A stretch of DNA of 64,000 nucleotides, taken from contig CM052816.1 in the NCBI GenBank assembly GCA_028534125.1, positions 61,320,001 to 61,384,000 on the forward strand. The letters are read 5' to 3'. A model generated the notes under the pieces. That model was not told where the DNA came from, made no database searches, and saw only the letters and a program-made list of their open reading frames with translations. The DNA comes from Lama glama. Lineage: Eukaryota. Both the position numbers and the translations under genes were made by a program. Of this stretch, positions 1-11,661 are shown in pieces (the first letter of the stretch is position 1; every line of letters begins with the position of its first letter).

Positions 1-1218
1 GGAGTTATCTACTATTTTTTTTTTATTTATAGCACACTATACTGTTTTTTGTTTCTAGAACACTTTATTTTTTTTGTAGCATGCCGATGTTTTCACACTT
101 ACTGCTAAAAAATTCTTTTCAATTAAAAAACAAAAAACCATCCTAGTAGTTTCCAGTTAAATATAATAGATTATACAGCATTTTTATTCTCAAAAGGAAC
201 AGTAAGATATCAACGAAGGAATAAAAGAAAGTAAAGATTCATAATCTGTTTTCCACATTCCAAAATTTTAAAAGCTATAAACAAAGTTTTGAGGGCAGAA
301 TTCTGAGTAGCTGAAGTAATGGTAGTAGAGTAAACTGTGAATCTCCTAAGTAATCCTCAAATAAATCAAATAAAATAATTAACCATACAAACCCTGTGTT
401 AGCATAACTAGAGGGCAACAGATGTATGAACTTCAAATTACCTGTAAGGAGATAAATAACAAATTTCTGCAAACAAATTTCTCATGCTCTTGCCATGAGC
501 CTTCACATCGGACAACAGAAGTTCAGGAAAAAATTGAGCTTAAGAGAGAAGATGAGAGTAGATACGGGCCTAAGAATGATCAAACCCACTGCCCGAAAGA
601 CAAAGTCTAACCTAAGCATGAAAATACTCAGAAAGTGCATTACTGGAAAATGAGAGCAAGTCTACAGGGAAGAGACTTAACTGTATGTTTGATTGTGGAG
701 AGGCAATTTTGGAAAGACAAGACTCCAGGGGAAAAAGAGAGTTAAAAAACCCAGGAACCTTTTGCAAACTGTCAGTGAAGAGAAAAAACAGCAAGAGGAA
801 AAACATTTAGGATGCTGCCGTTCGTAAGAAAAAAGAAAAACTGAGGAATATTCAACCTTTTCTTCCTCCACCACTGTACCAAAAGCCACTCAGTAAAGAA
901 AACATACTTTGCTCACAATGCTGCAAGAAGGTGTATGTGAACTAGGAATAACAAAGCATGCCAAAGTGCATTTTACAGAATGCGAAGCCACCCACAGTCG
1001 TCAGCTATACAAAAATACTATAAAAAGAAAACACAATGATAACAAATAATTCATTGATCAAAACTGCTACCCAAAACCAGTGGCGAAACAGAAGAAAAAT
1101 CTATCACAATATTCAAACTGAATTAAATATCTCTTTAAAAAAACTGGAGATAATTGCAAGGCACCCAAGGAAATACAGATCTGAATGAAAATTTACTAAG
1201 GAGAACTAAAGAAAAGCA

Positions 1219-1304
1219 GACAAAGAAGAACAAACTTAGATGCAATTGCAGTTTGTAAAATGACAAAGAAGAACAAACTTAGATGCAACTGCAGTTTGTA
1301 AAAT
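1219..1304. repeat. Tandem repeat, 2 x 43 bp, related to 4952-4995
   Basis: gacaaagaagaacaaacttagatgcaa(t/c)tgcagtttgtaaaat occurs twice with one mismatch. Confidence 0.9.
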
Positions 1305-1636
1305 GATAAACAAAATGCAAGTTCTTAGTTGAAACTAAGATGACTTGGTGGCTACCGCACTGCTCAATAAACATTAACTATTGCTGTTACTATTCCAAAT
1401 CGCACTGCCTTTATAGAAATTAACACCAAGTAAAGCCCACGGATACATAAATACATATTTTATAACAAATATGTTCTTGTAGTATCTGCTTTTTAAATAT
1501 TGACTTAAATTATACACATTTGCTGATTTATTCACCTTATGAAAATAAATTTAACATTTACTGAATGCCAACAGTATGCCAGGAAAAAAGTATACGTTCT
1601 CAAAGTTCTAAAGTCAGACTTTTTCATAATTAAATG

Positions 1637-2033
1637 CAGAGGTCGGCAAACTTTTTCTTTAAAGGTCAGACAGCAAATATTTTAAACTTTGAAGGTCATA
1701 CAGTATCTCTTGCAACTACACAATTCTACTGTTGTGGCCTGAAATTTGCCACAGATAATAAACAAATGATTGAGTGTGGTTGTGTGTCAATAAAACTTTA
1801 TTTATGGACACAACATTGTAAAATGATTATAACTCAATAAAAAATGTTAAAAAAACTTTATTTATGGACACTGAAACTTGAACTTGATATAATTCTCACT
1901 TTGCAAAATAAGCTTTTATTTCCTTTCTATCATTTGAAAATGTAAAAACAATTCTTAGCTTAGCATTAAATTGCTTTACAAAAACAGGCAATGGACCAAA
2001 TTTGGCCTGCAGGCTGTAGTTTGCCAGTCTCTG
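1637..2033. mobile_element. hAT-Charlie MITE (MER58B-like) interrupted by a tiny L1 insertion
   Basis: Terminal inverted repeats cagaggtcggcaaac ... gtttgccagtctctg and the typical internal caataaaactttatttatggacactgaaa. Confidence 0.75.
1812..1851 (+). mobile_element. Ultra-short (about 40 bp) L1 3' end with 20-bp flanking direct repeat
   Basis: aaaactttatttatggacac is at 1792-1811 and 1852-1871; the insert matches the L1 tail seen at 5944-6031 and about 30830-30965. Confidence 0.85.
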
Positions 2034-2634
2034 ATAATGAAAAGCAGAAATCCCAACCACAGTATGCGAACCATACGCACATGTATGCAAAAATGTGCAT
2101 CCAGTTTCTCCAAGTTGGGTCCTGTATGAAATTTGGAATATTTGCTCTCTGAGGTCCTTTTCAATTCTAGTACTTGATGATCATGTTCATCCTCATTCTA
2201 ACTGGACTTCCCTTTTGGCAATGCTCTGGTAACCTAAACTCCACTTGAAGACAGTTTTGACAAAGACTTCTTCCCTACATACAATGATTTTTTACTTTCT
2301 TTATACCCTTTCTCCTTGTGAATAAATTTCAAGTTGTTTAATTGAGTTAGCATATTCCGTCTCTTGATTTCTAAACTACTACAGGAATTTTCTTATTGAT
2401 CTATTTCCTACAAACCATCTTATACAATGCTTTCATGTTAGTCTTCCAACACAGTATGACTACCTCTGCTCAGAAGTCTCCATGGACTGTCCACTGTCTT
2501 AAAATATCCTTAGCCTTACCTTTGCTTTTAAGATGCTCCACTGTATGGCTACTACATATCTCTGCAATCTTCCCGACTCTTGTCAAATGAATTTTGTTCA
2601 CTGCTACAAGAACACATTATATATTTCTATGTCT

Positions 2635-2691
2635 CTTCCAATTACATTCCAATTACCAGTTGCTTCCAATTACCAGTTGCTTCCAATTACC
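2635..2691. repeat. Short tandem repeat of cttccaattaccagttg (17-bp unit, about 3 copies)
   Basis: Read directly from the sequence. Confidence 0.8.
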
Positions 2692-3090
2692 ATGACCCTC
2701 TTTGTCTTCTTCTTTAAATCCTGCCATTCTTTCAAGATCCTCTTGTGTTCCCTCTCCTTCAATAAGCCTTCCTGAATGATGCAGTCCCCTGTGATCTTTC
2801 CTCTTCTTTCAAATTTTATCACGCTAATCACAAATTATTAACAAAATAAAAACAAAACACTATTTACCTTTGGTACATTTTCTCACTCAAGCCATCACAA
2901 AATTTGAGGATAGGGAAAAATGATTCTGTGCTTAGCATAATATTTTATTATTTTAGATGTTCAATTAGTGCTTGTTATTAATGACAATTGAAAGCCTAGT
3001 ATCAAATGTGGGTTTTAATGAAGTTCCAAAACATAAGAATAGAAATTAAAAAGATTTTTTAAAAAGTCCCAAGTTAAGAATGTCACTTAC

Positions 3091-3175
3091 TTTTACCAAT
3101 ATATCTTTTACGACTTGATTGCTATCATTATGAACGCTGATATAACTGGAAAAGGTCTCTCCCAAAAATATATTC
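3091..3175 (-). CDS. TRAPPC13: TRAPPC13 coding exon 4 (85 nt)
   Basis: cacag|G AAT ATA TTT TTG GGA ... TTG GTA AAA|gtaagt; encodes [28 protein letters not shown]. Confidence 0.95.
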
Positions 3176-4183
3176 CTGTGAAATAAAATTAAATTTTAAG
3201 CAGAAATCCATTCAAGTTTGAGCAGCACTGTGAACTTCAAATGGAGAAGTTACTGAAAGATAGAGATCAGGTGAGATACTATTTCAATATTTCTTTGTTT
3301 ACACTAGGCTGGTCATTCATTACCTAGTGCAATTCAAAATACTAATTTAATCTATAAAACATGTCACATATCTTGGCCCCCAACTACTGCACAAACTGCC
3401 TGTTCTCCTAGAAATAAGTCACTGAAATCAGATCCATCTTAAGAGTCTTAAGATTTGTTACTGAAGAGGCTAGACAAAGGCAATTTTTGAAATAACTTAT
3501 GCTCTGAATCTACAAGAGACCCAAGTTATTGATGTAAGAGTATTTTTTACCAATTTATTTTATTTTTCCAAGTTATTCTAATGAAAATGACTAGTGACAT
3601 TGGTTTATATTTTTATAAGTATATATTTTATACATATAAATACATAAAGATACAAATATATATAAGTGACCACATTCTATAAACCTTTTAAAAAAACCTG
3701 AAAAATTCCTTTCGGTATCAAATTGTCTCAGTTGCAAACAGAGTGGAACCAGGAGCTTCTACCTCATTAACAATCTAGAATAAGAGAACAGTTAAGAGCA
3801 AGAGAAGGAACAAAACATTTACAGCTCCTAATTAGCTGACTGGTCTGATAATTTATATTGGGAGAGGGCTCTGAAGATGTACAAAAAAAATGCTTCCGAA
3901 TGACATTTAGACTAAGTCAGTTAAAATAAAAGGAATTTGTGGGCATGAAAAAAATATGGTAAGATTTAAAGAAGAAAGTTAAAATCCTATCATCCTAGGA
4001 ACCACTATTAGTATTTTGGAATGTGTCTTTTTTAACTAAAAAGACCCAGAATCCCATAATATAATTTTTGTTAAGACTTATTTTTTAAACCACTTAAATT
4101 GTATCATGAGCATTTTTCCATCTTATGGTTATTTTCTGAAAACATCATCTGTAATGGCTTCAAAGTATTGTTGCATTTCTTAC

Positions 4184-4283
4184 CCAAAATTCTGTGGTAA
4201 TGTCAACATTTCTCCCAACATTAAAATTTCTGCACCATTTACAGTTGAAGGATCATCTCTCATAAGCTGGTTAAAGAGATCTC
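4184..4283 (-). CDS. TRAPPC13: TRAPPC13 coding exon 3 (100 nt)
   Basis: ctacag|GA GAT CTC TTT ... AAT TTT GG|gtaag; encodes [32 protein letters not shown]. Confidence 0.95.
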
Positions 4284-4845
4284 CTGTAGAATGAGAAAAA
4301 CATCAAATTTTAACATTTACCTTATAAGTAACTTTTACTGACCTAAAGAAATAGCTGGGAGAAATATTTTAAGAAATAATCTCTTAACAAAAACTGTATT
4401 TTAAAAAATCCAATTTCTAATCTTTAATACAACAATGCATGCCCCAAATTCTGTTTCCACAGAGAATGAACACTCCAGAAACAAAGAAAAATGTAGGTCA
4501 TGAGATATAAAATACAGACAGCTCCAATAATTTAAATAAAGGAAATGCTAACATATATTGATGGAACATTTGATGATAAATGAAATTTTTATAGTGTCAT
4601 TACGAGGAATGTATTTTTATCAAAACTAAAATAAAAGTCTCTTGCTGCCATGAGGTATCAATAGTATCTTGAATTATAGATATGAGTGAGACCTGTTACT
4701 CAGGTAACTACCACTCACAGAACAGGCCACAAAGAATGCAGCAAAGAGCATAAAATTGGAAAGGTTAGGCTTATTCCAAGGAAATACAGGCAATCCAGGT
4801 TTCAACTTTTCCATAGGTGCAAGTAGAATAAAGCATGTGCCATAC

Positions 4846-4914
4846 CAGGTAAGTCTTTCTCTTCACATGTTACTGGAATATTGGTGAATAAAGTAGGTTT
4901 AGTCAACCGCATCA
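4846..4914 (-). CDS. TRAPPC13: TRAPPC13 coding exon 2 (69 nt)
   Basis: Long pyrimidine tract then tcacag|TG ATG CGG ... TTA CCT G|gtatg; encodes [22 protein letters not shown]. Confidence 0.95.
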
Positions 4915-5943
4915 CTGTGATTTAGGAGAGGAAAAAAAAAAACAAAAAGAAAAACTTAGATGCAATAGCAGTTTGTAAAATGATAACAGAATGCACCTAA
5001 CATTTATCTAGAAAAACAAATAAATTGCTTAATATGTGCCTTCGTAGGAGCCAAACAGGAAAAAAGACCCACCTACAGACCTGTTTGTTTTTAATTTTCC
5101 AATATATCTATACCAACAAAATAGTTAATCAATCTCCTTTCTTACTATGAATGAAATCTTTCTTAGTAAAGACTATTTAAAATTCACCAAGCTGGATAGC
5201 TATACTATAATTAATCAACAGTATATTATTAACAACAAAAAAAAGATAGAACAAATATGTAGTATCTCAACTCCCCTATGCCTCAAAAAGAAATGTCTAT
5301 TCTTTAAACATCTTTAAAAAAAGTCCTAAGTGACTTCACTATAAACAATATCAGGAAAGTATTATCCAATATTAGCCTAAGAGGAAAAACAGTTTAGATG
5401 TACCATTTTGAATATGAACAATAGTTTTATTCCAAAAAAATTCCTTGTAAGTTTTATCTCTTGGTTATAATCATGGGCCACTGGAAGTTCAGTAAGTGGC
5501 CCTTTATGTAATATTAATTCTATGTAAAATTTATGAAAGTATCAGTTAAATGTATAGGTTTATAGAAGTCCAACCAAAATTAATATTTGTTCTTGGACTA
5601 TAACAGAATGTATCTAACATTTATCTAGAAAAACAAATAAAAGTAAGCTAAGGAAATTAATGGGAAAAAAATGAGAAAGAAATGGACTAAACATATATTA
5701 CAACATTTCGGCCCATAACCAACTAATTGGCTTACTAATGCAAGACCATACAGATATACTAGGTAATTTTAAAAAAATTATTAGGATGCGGCAAGAAAAA
5801 TCAACATTACAAGGTGCTAGGACAAGTGGTTAGCTATCTGGGAAAAATAAAATTAGTTTACAAATTCATTTCAATATCAATTAAATTGTATATACATCAA
5901 ATTAAAATAGACAAAAATTAAGCTATAGAAAACTAGAAAAAGT

Positions 5944-6031
5944 ACATGAATGACTGAAAAATTGTGCTGAACACTGGAATTTGACACAACATTGTAAAAT
6001 GATTATAAATCAATAAAAAATGTTAAAAAAA
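5944..6031 (+). mobile_element. 5'-truncated young L1 3' end (88 bp) with perfect 17-bp TSD
   Basis: TSD agaaaactagaaaaagt at 5927-5943 and 6032-6048; tail ...gacacaacattgtaaaatgattataaatcaataaaaaatgttaaaa. Confidence 0.85.
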
Positions 6032-8167
6032 AGAAAACTAGAAAAAGTGAAAATTTATTAAACATAGTCTAGCAAAAATAGGACACTCTAGTTAAAAAAA
6101 TCTTTTTCAATTAATTATAGATTAACATTTTGATCACATCAAAATAATATTAGACAACATACAATACAAAGACAAAAATATAAAATTTAAAATCACACAA
6201 ACTTGTAAAATATTTCAGAAAATGAATCTCAGAAGACTCTCTTTATGCTCTACCAAAAATGCTCATTTTAATCAAAACTAAAATCTTTAGATTGACCTAA
6301 ATAACCAAAGCACAATATGTGGTATTCATTACCATGTGTAAAATTGTAACACCTAACTACTAATTAACTAGCTCTATCATTCATATAAAATTTAGTGCCT
6401 TTTTCATCTTGAGCTTAGCTTAAATGTCATCTTTTTCAGAAAAAAAGTCACCCTGTTTCTCTCATAGCACCTTGTATTTCTCATGAACTGTGTTTACTAA
6501 CTTACTTGTTTATGGCACTCCTATCCAACCTCCTTGAGGATTAGGATCATGCTCAGTTTTGTGGCCTCGGTGCTTGACACAGGTTCTGGCACATAGTATA
6601 TTCCATGGATCTTTGTTGAAAGAATTAGCACCTCACCAAAATCCTCAAGTGGCATTATTTTGAAATTAAAGTTTTATGAACTAAGACCATTAAATAATTT
6701 TATATTAAATAGATGGCTTTTGAAATAGTCAAAAGTGCTAATGTTAAACTTTCTGAAGTCACTTGGGTAGCTGGAATCTACTGAGCATTTACTAGTGCCA
6801 TACATTATGCTAAATACTTTACAAGTATTAACACAATTAATTCCCATAACTTCAAGGTTGGTATTATTATCCCCCTTTAACAGATAAGACACTGCCTAGG
6901 GAGGGTAATTTGCATATGAAAGATTATACAGCAGATAGATGATAAAACTAGATTTGAATTCAAGTGATTTCCCCCTGTTTAAAAATAATTTTCCCTATTA
7001 ACTATAAGCCCAGGGTCATAAACCTGGAATCATGCCTTATCAGAAACATCCCAAGGGAACTCAAAGTAGGACTCTATCTCAAACGAACATTAACCATCAA
7101 TGGTGTGGCAGGGAAGTGGTTAAGGAGGCGTTTCTGACTTTCTACTTTATTCTTATGTTCAACTAGGAAAACAGATTAAAATTAAGTCCAATCTGAAGGG
7201 GATAAAAAGATGTTCTGAAAATGATATACAGGAGATAGTTCTTCTCAGTTTAAATATCTGACTCTAAGCTCACTTTTCATACCAATTGGTGTTCTCTAGT
7301 CTCCATTTTTTTTTTCATTTCAGATGAAACCAAATATTAAAGAGGAAATACACTCTCAAGGGAATTATGAAACACTCTTAAAAAACTATTCTTGAATTCA
7401 CTCAAACTGTGTAGCCAGCTTATTTGCCTACTATATGCTCAAATTTCCATTATGTACAAAAGTCCTATAAAGCTTAGTTTTTGGTGATTCCATGGTTTTC
7501 TAGGGAATGGAGACAGTCGAGAGTGAATAAACAACAACCCTCCATTACAAGTAAAAAGATCCCAAACTGGTACTTAAAACACCTGTTCATATTTTCAAAG
7601 AGGGTGAAAATTAGCAGAGGGGATAGCAGTCTATGTAAAGTACTATCATCTTGTAGACTCAAAACAAATTACTATAAAGCACCATTTGTCATACTGCAGA
7701 CATTTAAGCACACACTGGGAAAGCCAAATTAGTGACATAAAACTAACTCACTGCTTGAATGATAATACAAAGTATGCCCACATCAAATATAGGTTTAAAA
7801 TTCAGTGTTTCCTGTCTTAATATGAATTAACGGACCTTAAAAATTAAACTGTTGGAAAAGAGCAAATACCAATAAAAAACAAGGTTAAAAAACTGGCAGA
7901 GGAACCATAAGAAAGCTCTGGTTTTATTAAACAGTGAATATGTACCCAATTTGGAATGTTAAAGCAACTTTTTGGTCAAAATTAAAAACAGAATATGTGT
8001 TTTTAGTTGTGACAAGTATTCACACACATTGCACAGTTAGTGCCATGTGTAGAAACGCTCTGAGTGGAGCTTACAAAACAAAGACATTTGATTTACTTAT
8101 GAAATTCAGGTTTCATCTAAAATACTCCAAAAAGCTTTTTAAAGTCTTCAATAAAGGTAAAGATAGG

Positions 8168-8340
8168 CCTGAGGTTACAAACTAATGAATTAGGCCAAGT
8201 TCATCTTGCATGTACATTTTGCTTGCCCAGCACATTAAAAAAATATTATGGAGATTTTCTCCAGAGTTTCATAGTTTCAGAGTCCTTACCACAGTCTTAT
8301 TTGTCTAGTCCCTGAAGGCATTCAAGTTTGTGAACGTTGA
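8168..8340. mobile_element. hAT-Charlie relic (MER102-like)
   Basis: Ends gaggttacaaact ... ccctgaaggcattcaagtttgtgaac resemble the MER102 termini as recalled. Confidence 0.45.
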
Positions 8341-8864
8341 AATAATTTAGGGCATTTTCAGCAGATTAAATCAAAGTGAATCATTATGCAGGAGCTCATC
8401 TTAAAATTTTTCAAAAAATGTTCTTTAAGATATTTGATAAGTTGGCAAAGTTAAATTCGTGTGATGCCCTCCACACCTTTTTTCTTAGAATTTGAGTTAG
8501 TATTTAAGGTAGATAGCTTGTCAGGGAAAAATAAAATTATGGTACTGTTGCTACTTTCCCAGAGTAAGTGCTTTGGCATTTTACCAAATGGTTTCAGATT
8601 CACGTTCCTGTATACTTCTTTGTTCCCCTGATTTGTTTCCTTGCCTATGACAGTGGAACCCAGAAATACTGCCGAGCCCGACTGTTAGCTAGTGCTAGAA
8701 TCATCAGTCCTAAGGTTCTAAATACTCTAAAAGCCTCAAAGATTCTAAATTCTTAGGTCTTGATTACTCCCTAAGTCCTGTCTAGATAGATAAGAAATGA
8801 ACCTCTCCTTCCTTTTAGATCATAGCACTATTTGCAGTAAAACTCAATCTTCATATTGTCAGTT

Positions 8865-9032
8865 TAAAAAAAATATTTATTTATTGTTTACTTGTCTTTT
8901 TTTTTTTAGGGGGGAGGTAATCAGGGTTTGTTTGTTTGTTTGTTGTTGTTGTTTTAGTGGAGGTACCTGGGATTGAACCCAGGACCTTGTGCATGTTGGG
9001 CATGCACTATACCACTGGGCTATACCCCCTCA
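8865..9032 (-). mobile_element. tRNA-derived SINE (camelid vic-1-like)
   Basis: Minus strand reads GGGGTATAGCCCAGTGGTA...GGGTTCAATCCC (A and B boxes) with an A-rich tail; imperfect TSD cttcatatt(gt/cc)cagtt at 8849-8864 and 9033-9048. Confidence 0.85.
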
Positions 9033-10908
9033 CTTCATATTCCCAGTTCTTAATCACCTTTTCATTGTTTTTCAATGGGGTAGAAAGTAATTTATATAGA
9101 GTAAATTAGAAAATTTTTAATCTGCCACATATGAAGACAAAGAAGCTCTTTTTAACGTGAGATTCTTAAAAAGCTACTCATGAGACTGTCATAAGAAAAT
9201 ATTCACAAGAATATTTTCAGCTCCATATAAAATCACTTCAAAATAATAAAAATGTATCAGAAAAACCTCACTGTGGTCTATGTAAATGACCTTGACTTAG
9301 GATTACCAACTTTTAATCCTTGATTAGCAACCTAAATGCTAAGTAAGACCTAACAATAAAAATCAAATCCACCCTTTATGATTGCACAGTAATATTACCC
9401 AACTCTTGTTTGCAAAGCTCTCTGGCAATTATTCTGCATTCTGATTTTTCTTCAGCAATCTTGAAAATTGAGATGACTTAAATGAATGAAAAGAGGAAGT
9501 AATGACTGAAAAAGTTATCTTGGAAACTCCCTCTACACCTGGTGATTTTTTAAAGACTTCTGGAAGCATTCAAGGACATGATGATTATTTTCTACACAGC
9601 AGTCTCAACTGAGACAATAAAAAGGTACTCAAAGTCGTTAAAAATAAAACAATGTTTGGATAGTGTGAAACCTAATTAGAAAAGATTACCTCTTTAGTTA
9701 AAATTGGTAAACTCCTTGTGTTTTAAGCAAGCTCAGCCAGGTCAGGCTATGAGAATCCCTCCAAAGGGCATATTTACTATGTATTATCAAGTCCCTACAA
9801 CGCCAGGCACTGTACCACAAGGCAAATGTGTTTCTGCCTTCCTAATGAGTACAGTCTTAACCGGTTTTTTTCAGGAATGTGGTTTTACTTAACAGTAGTG
9901 ACTCCATGTAAGCTCTGTGAGGGCAGAGTCCATGTTTGTCTCCTTCCTTACTTTATTCTAGCACCAAGCTCATGGTAGGCATTTAAATTTGTTAAATAAA
10001 TATAGTTTTTTAAAAATAAAACTTTTATCATATAATCACTCTGGGTATTTTTATGAAGTCATGTATAAACCCAATTTATAACATTTTGCTATGGGGAAAC
10101 CACAGTGACTCCAAGAACCAGAGAACTAGTACTCAGCATTAATGGTCATTAAGACTGAATTACCTATATTAGATTAAATAAATAACAACTTGATCTCTTA
10201 CCTATATTTCATACTTCACTTCAAAAGAGGCTGCCTTATTGCCTTAGAGATACATTACAGTCCTAGGCAAATTATATATTTTGTACTTGTGTTTCATAAC
10301 AACATATCAACTATTGTCTATTACATATCTGTGGAAATATCAACAGAATCTGGGCTGGTCTCTCAATCTGAACTACATTCATGCCACTTGAATATCATTC
10401 ATGCCACTACATTCATGCCACTTGGAGACCATTCCCAACAGAATTGGTTTTAGTTTTATTTGGGATAAAAAATCATTACATTTTAGGTGAGTAAAGAACA
10501 AATACTGTAAAATTAGATTTTGGGGATTTATCAAAATTCAAACTATTCACTATATTTCACTATAATTTGACCAATGGAAAGATGAACAAAAGGAATAGAA
10601 CATTTTACCTCTAAATTCAGTATAAATAATAATTTATCACAATTCACTTAAAAGAAGGCTGCTCAAAGTGGAACCCAGAAAGTTCATGACTTAACTGACA
10701 AGCCTATGAATTCACCTGATATTTATTTCTGGGATATAAACTGCACACATATTACCATACAATTATTTTTCACAATGTTAGGAATAAATAGCTTATATTA
10801 GAAAGGGGTCAAATAAAAAAAATTAACTCATTAAAATTTATCTCATTGTTTCAGTTCATAATCAGATCATTCAGAATATTAATTCTTTTTGACAATCAGT
10901 GGAATTCA

Positions 10909-11661
10909 TTACATACTAAAAATAACACCATATTTATTCACAAATAAACTTATTTCCCCAGTAAGTGCTAATCTTCCTTTAAGAAGATTTCCTACATATT
11001 CACAGTACATAACATCACAGAACACCCATATCTCGCCTAAATGTCTCTGAATTGTAGCATTACAAGACGGAAGTTCATTATGCCTGATAATTCGATTGAG
11101 TTTTGCCCAAATGTCTTCCAGACTTTGGCTGTTACAAACAGTGTGTTCTATTATCCATCTTGCTCTATAAAATGAGTGCAAATTTAGTGCCTTTAAACTA
11201 TCTTGCAGTTTTTTAGACAAAGGAAAAATATTTTCAGTACAATTACTGCTGGGAAGTGAAACACTCCAAGACCTCCTCTTGTGTTGTCTTCCTTTCTCTG
11301 TTCGTTCGTCCAGGTTTCCAGGATTAGTCTGTTCACTCAGTGTGTGTGATCGGATTAAGTGCCTCTTTTTTGTCAAATTAGGTTGAAACTCCAATAGATC
11401 TACTGTGCAATCATAACTCTGTGATTTAACATCATGTTCTGAAATGGTTAAGTATTGTCTCATATCTTCAGCTGCCTCTTCAGAAATCACAGGTGGTGAT
11501 CTTCTAGGTTTGAGAAGTTTGGACTTGTCATGAGGAAACCAAGGAATAAATCTTGATAGTGGCCGAGTAGGAAAGTCTTGAATTGCTTTCTCTGCAATTT
11601 TTGGCAGTTGTGTGGGATCCCTCTCACTTGGTCGATAATGTATTATTACTTCTGTAGTCAT
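10909..11661 (-). CDS. SHLD3: Shieldin complex subunit 3 (RINN1), single-exon CDS, 250 aa, nested in TRAPPC13 intron 1
   Basis: Intact 250-aa ORF MTTEVIIHYRP...KYGVIFSM with the FIPWFP motif, a REV7-binding PxxSPP motif and the C-terminal domain. An in-frame TAA lies just upstream of the ATG. Candidate acceptor ccactttag|GTCCTG with the exon starting at 11776. Confidence 0.96.
   Translation of the reverse strand: MTTEVIIHYRPSERDPTQLPKIAEKAIQDFPTRPLSRFIPWFPHDKSKLLKPRRSPPVISEEAAEDMRQYLTISEHDVKSQSYDCTVDLLEFQPNLTKKRHLIRSHTLSEQTNPGNLDERTEKGRQHKRRSWSVSLPSSNCTENIFPLSKKLQDSLKALNLHSFYRARWIIEHTVCNSQSLEDIWAKLNRIIRHNELPSCNATIQRHLGEIWVFCDVMYCEYVGNLLKGRLALTGEISLFVNKYGVIFSM

Noticed and set aside
1219..1304. 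Direct repeats as a CRISPR-like array
   Set aside because: Mammalian context, only two units and no spacers.
8950..9030. tRNA-like A/B-box sequences here and at about 16925-16995 as tRNA genes
   Set aside because: They have A-rich tails and TSDs and lack a complete cloverleaf, so they are SINEs.
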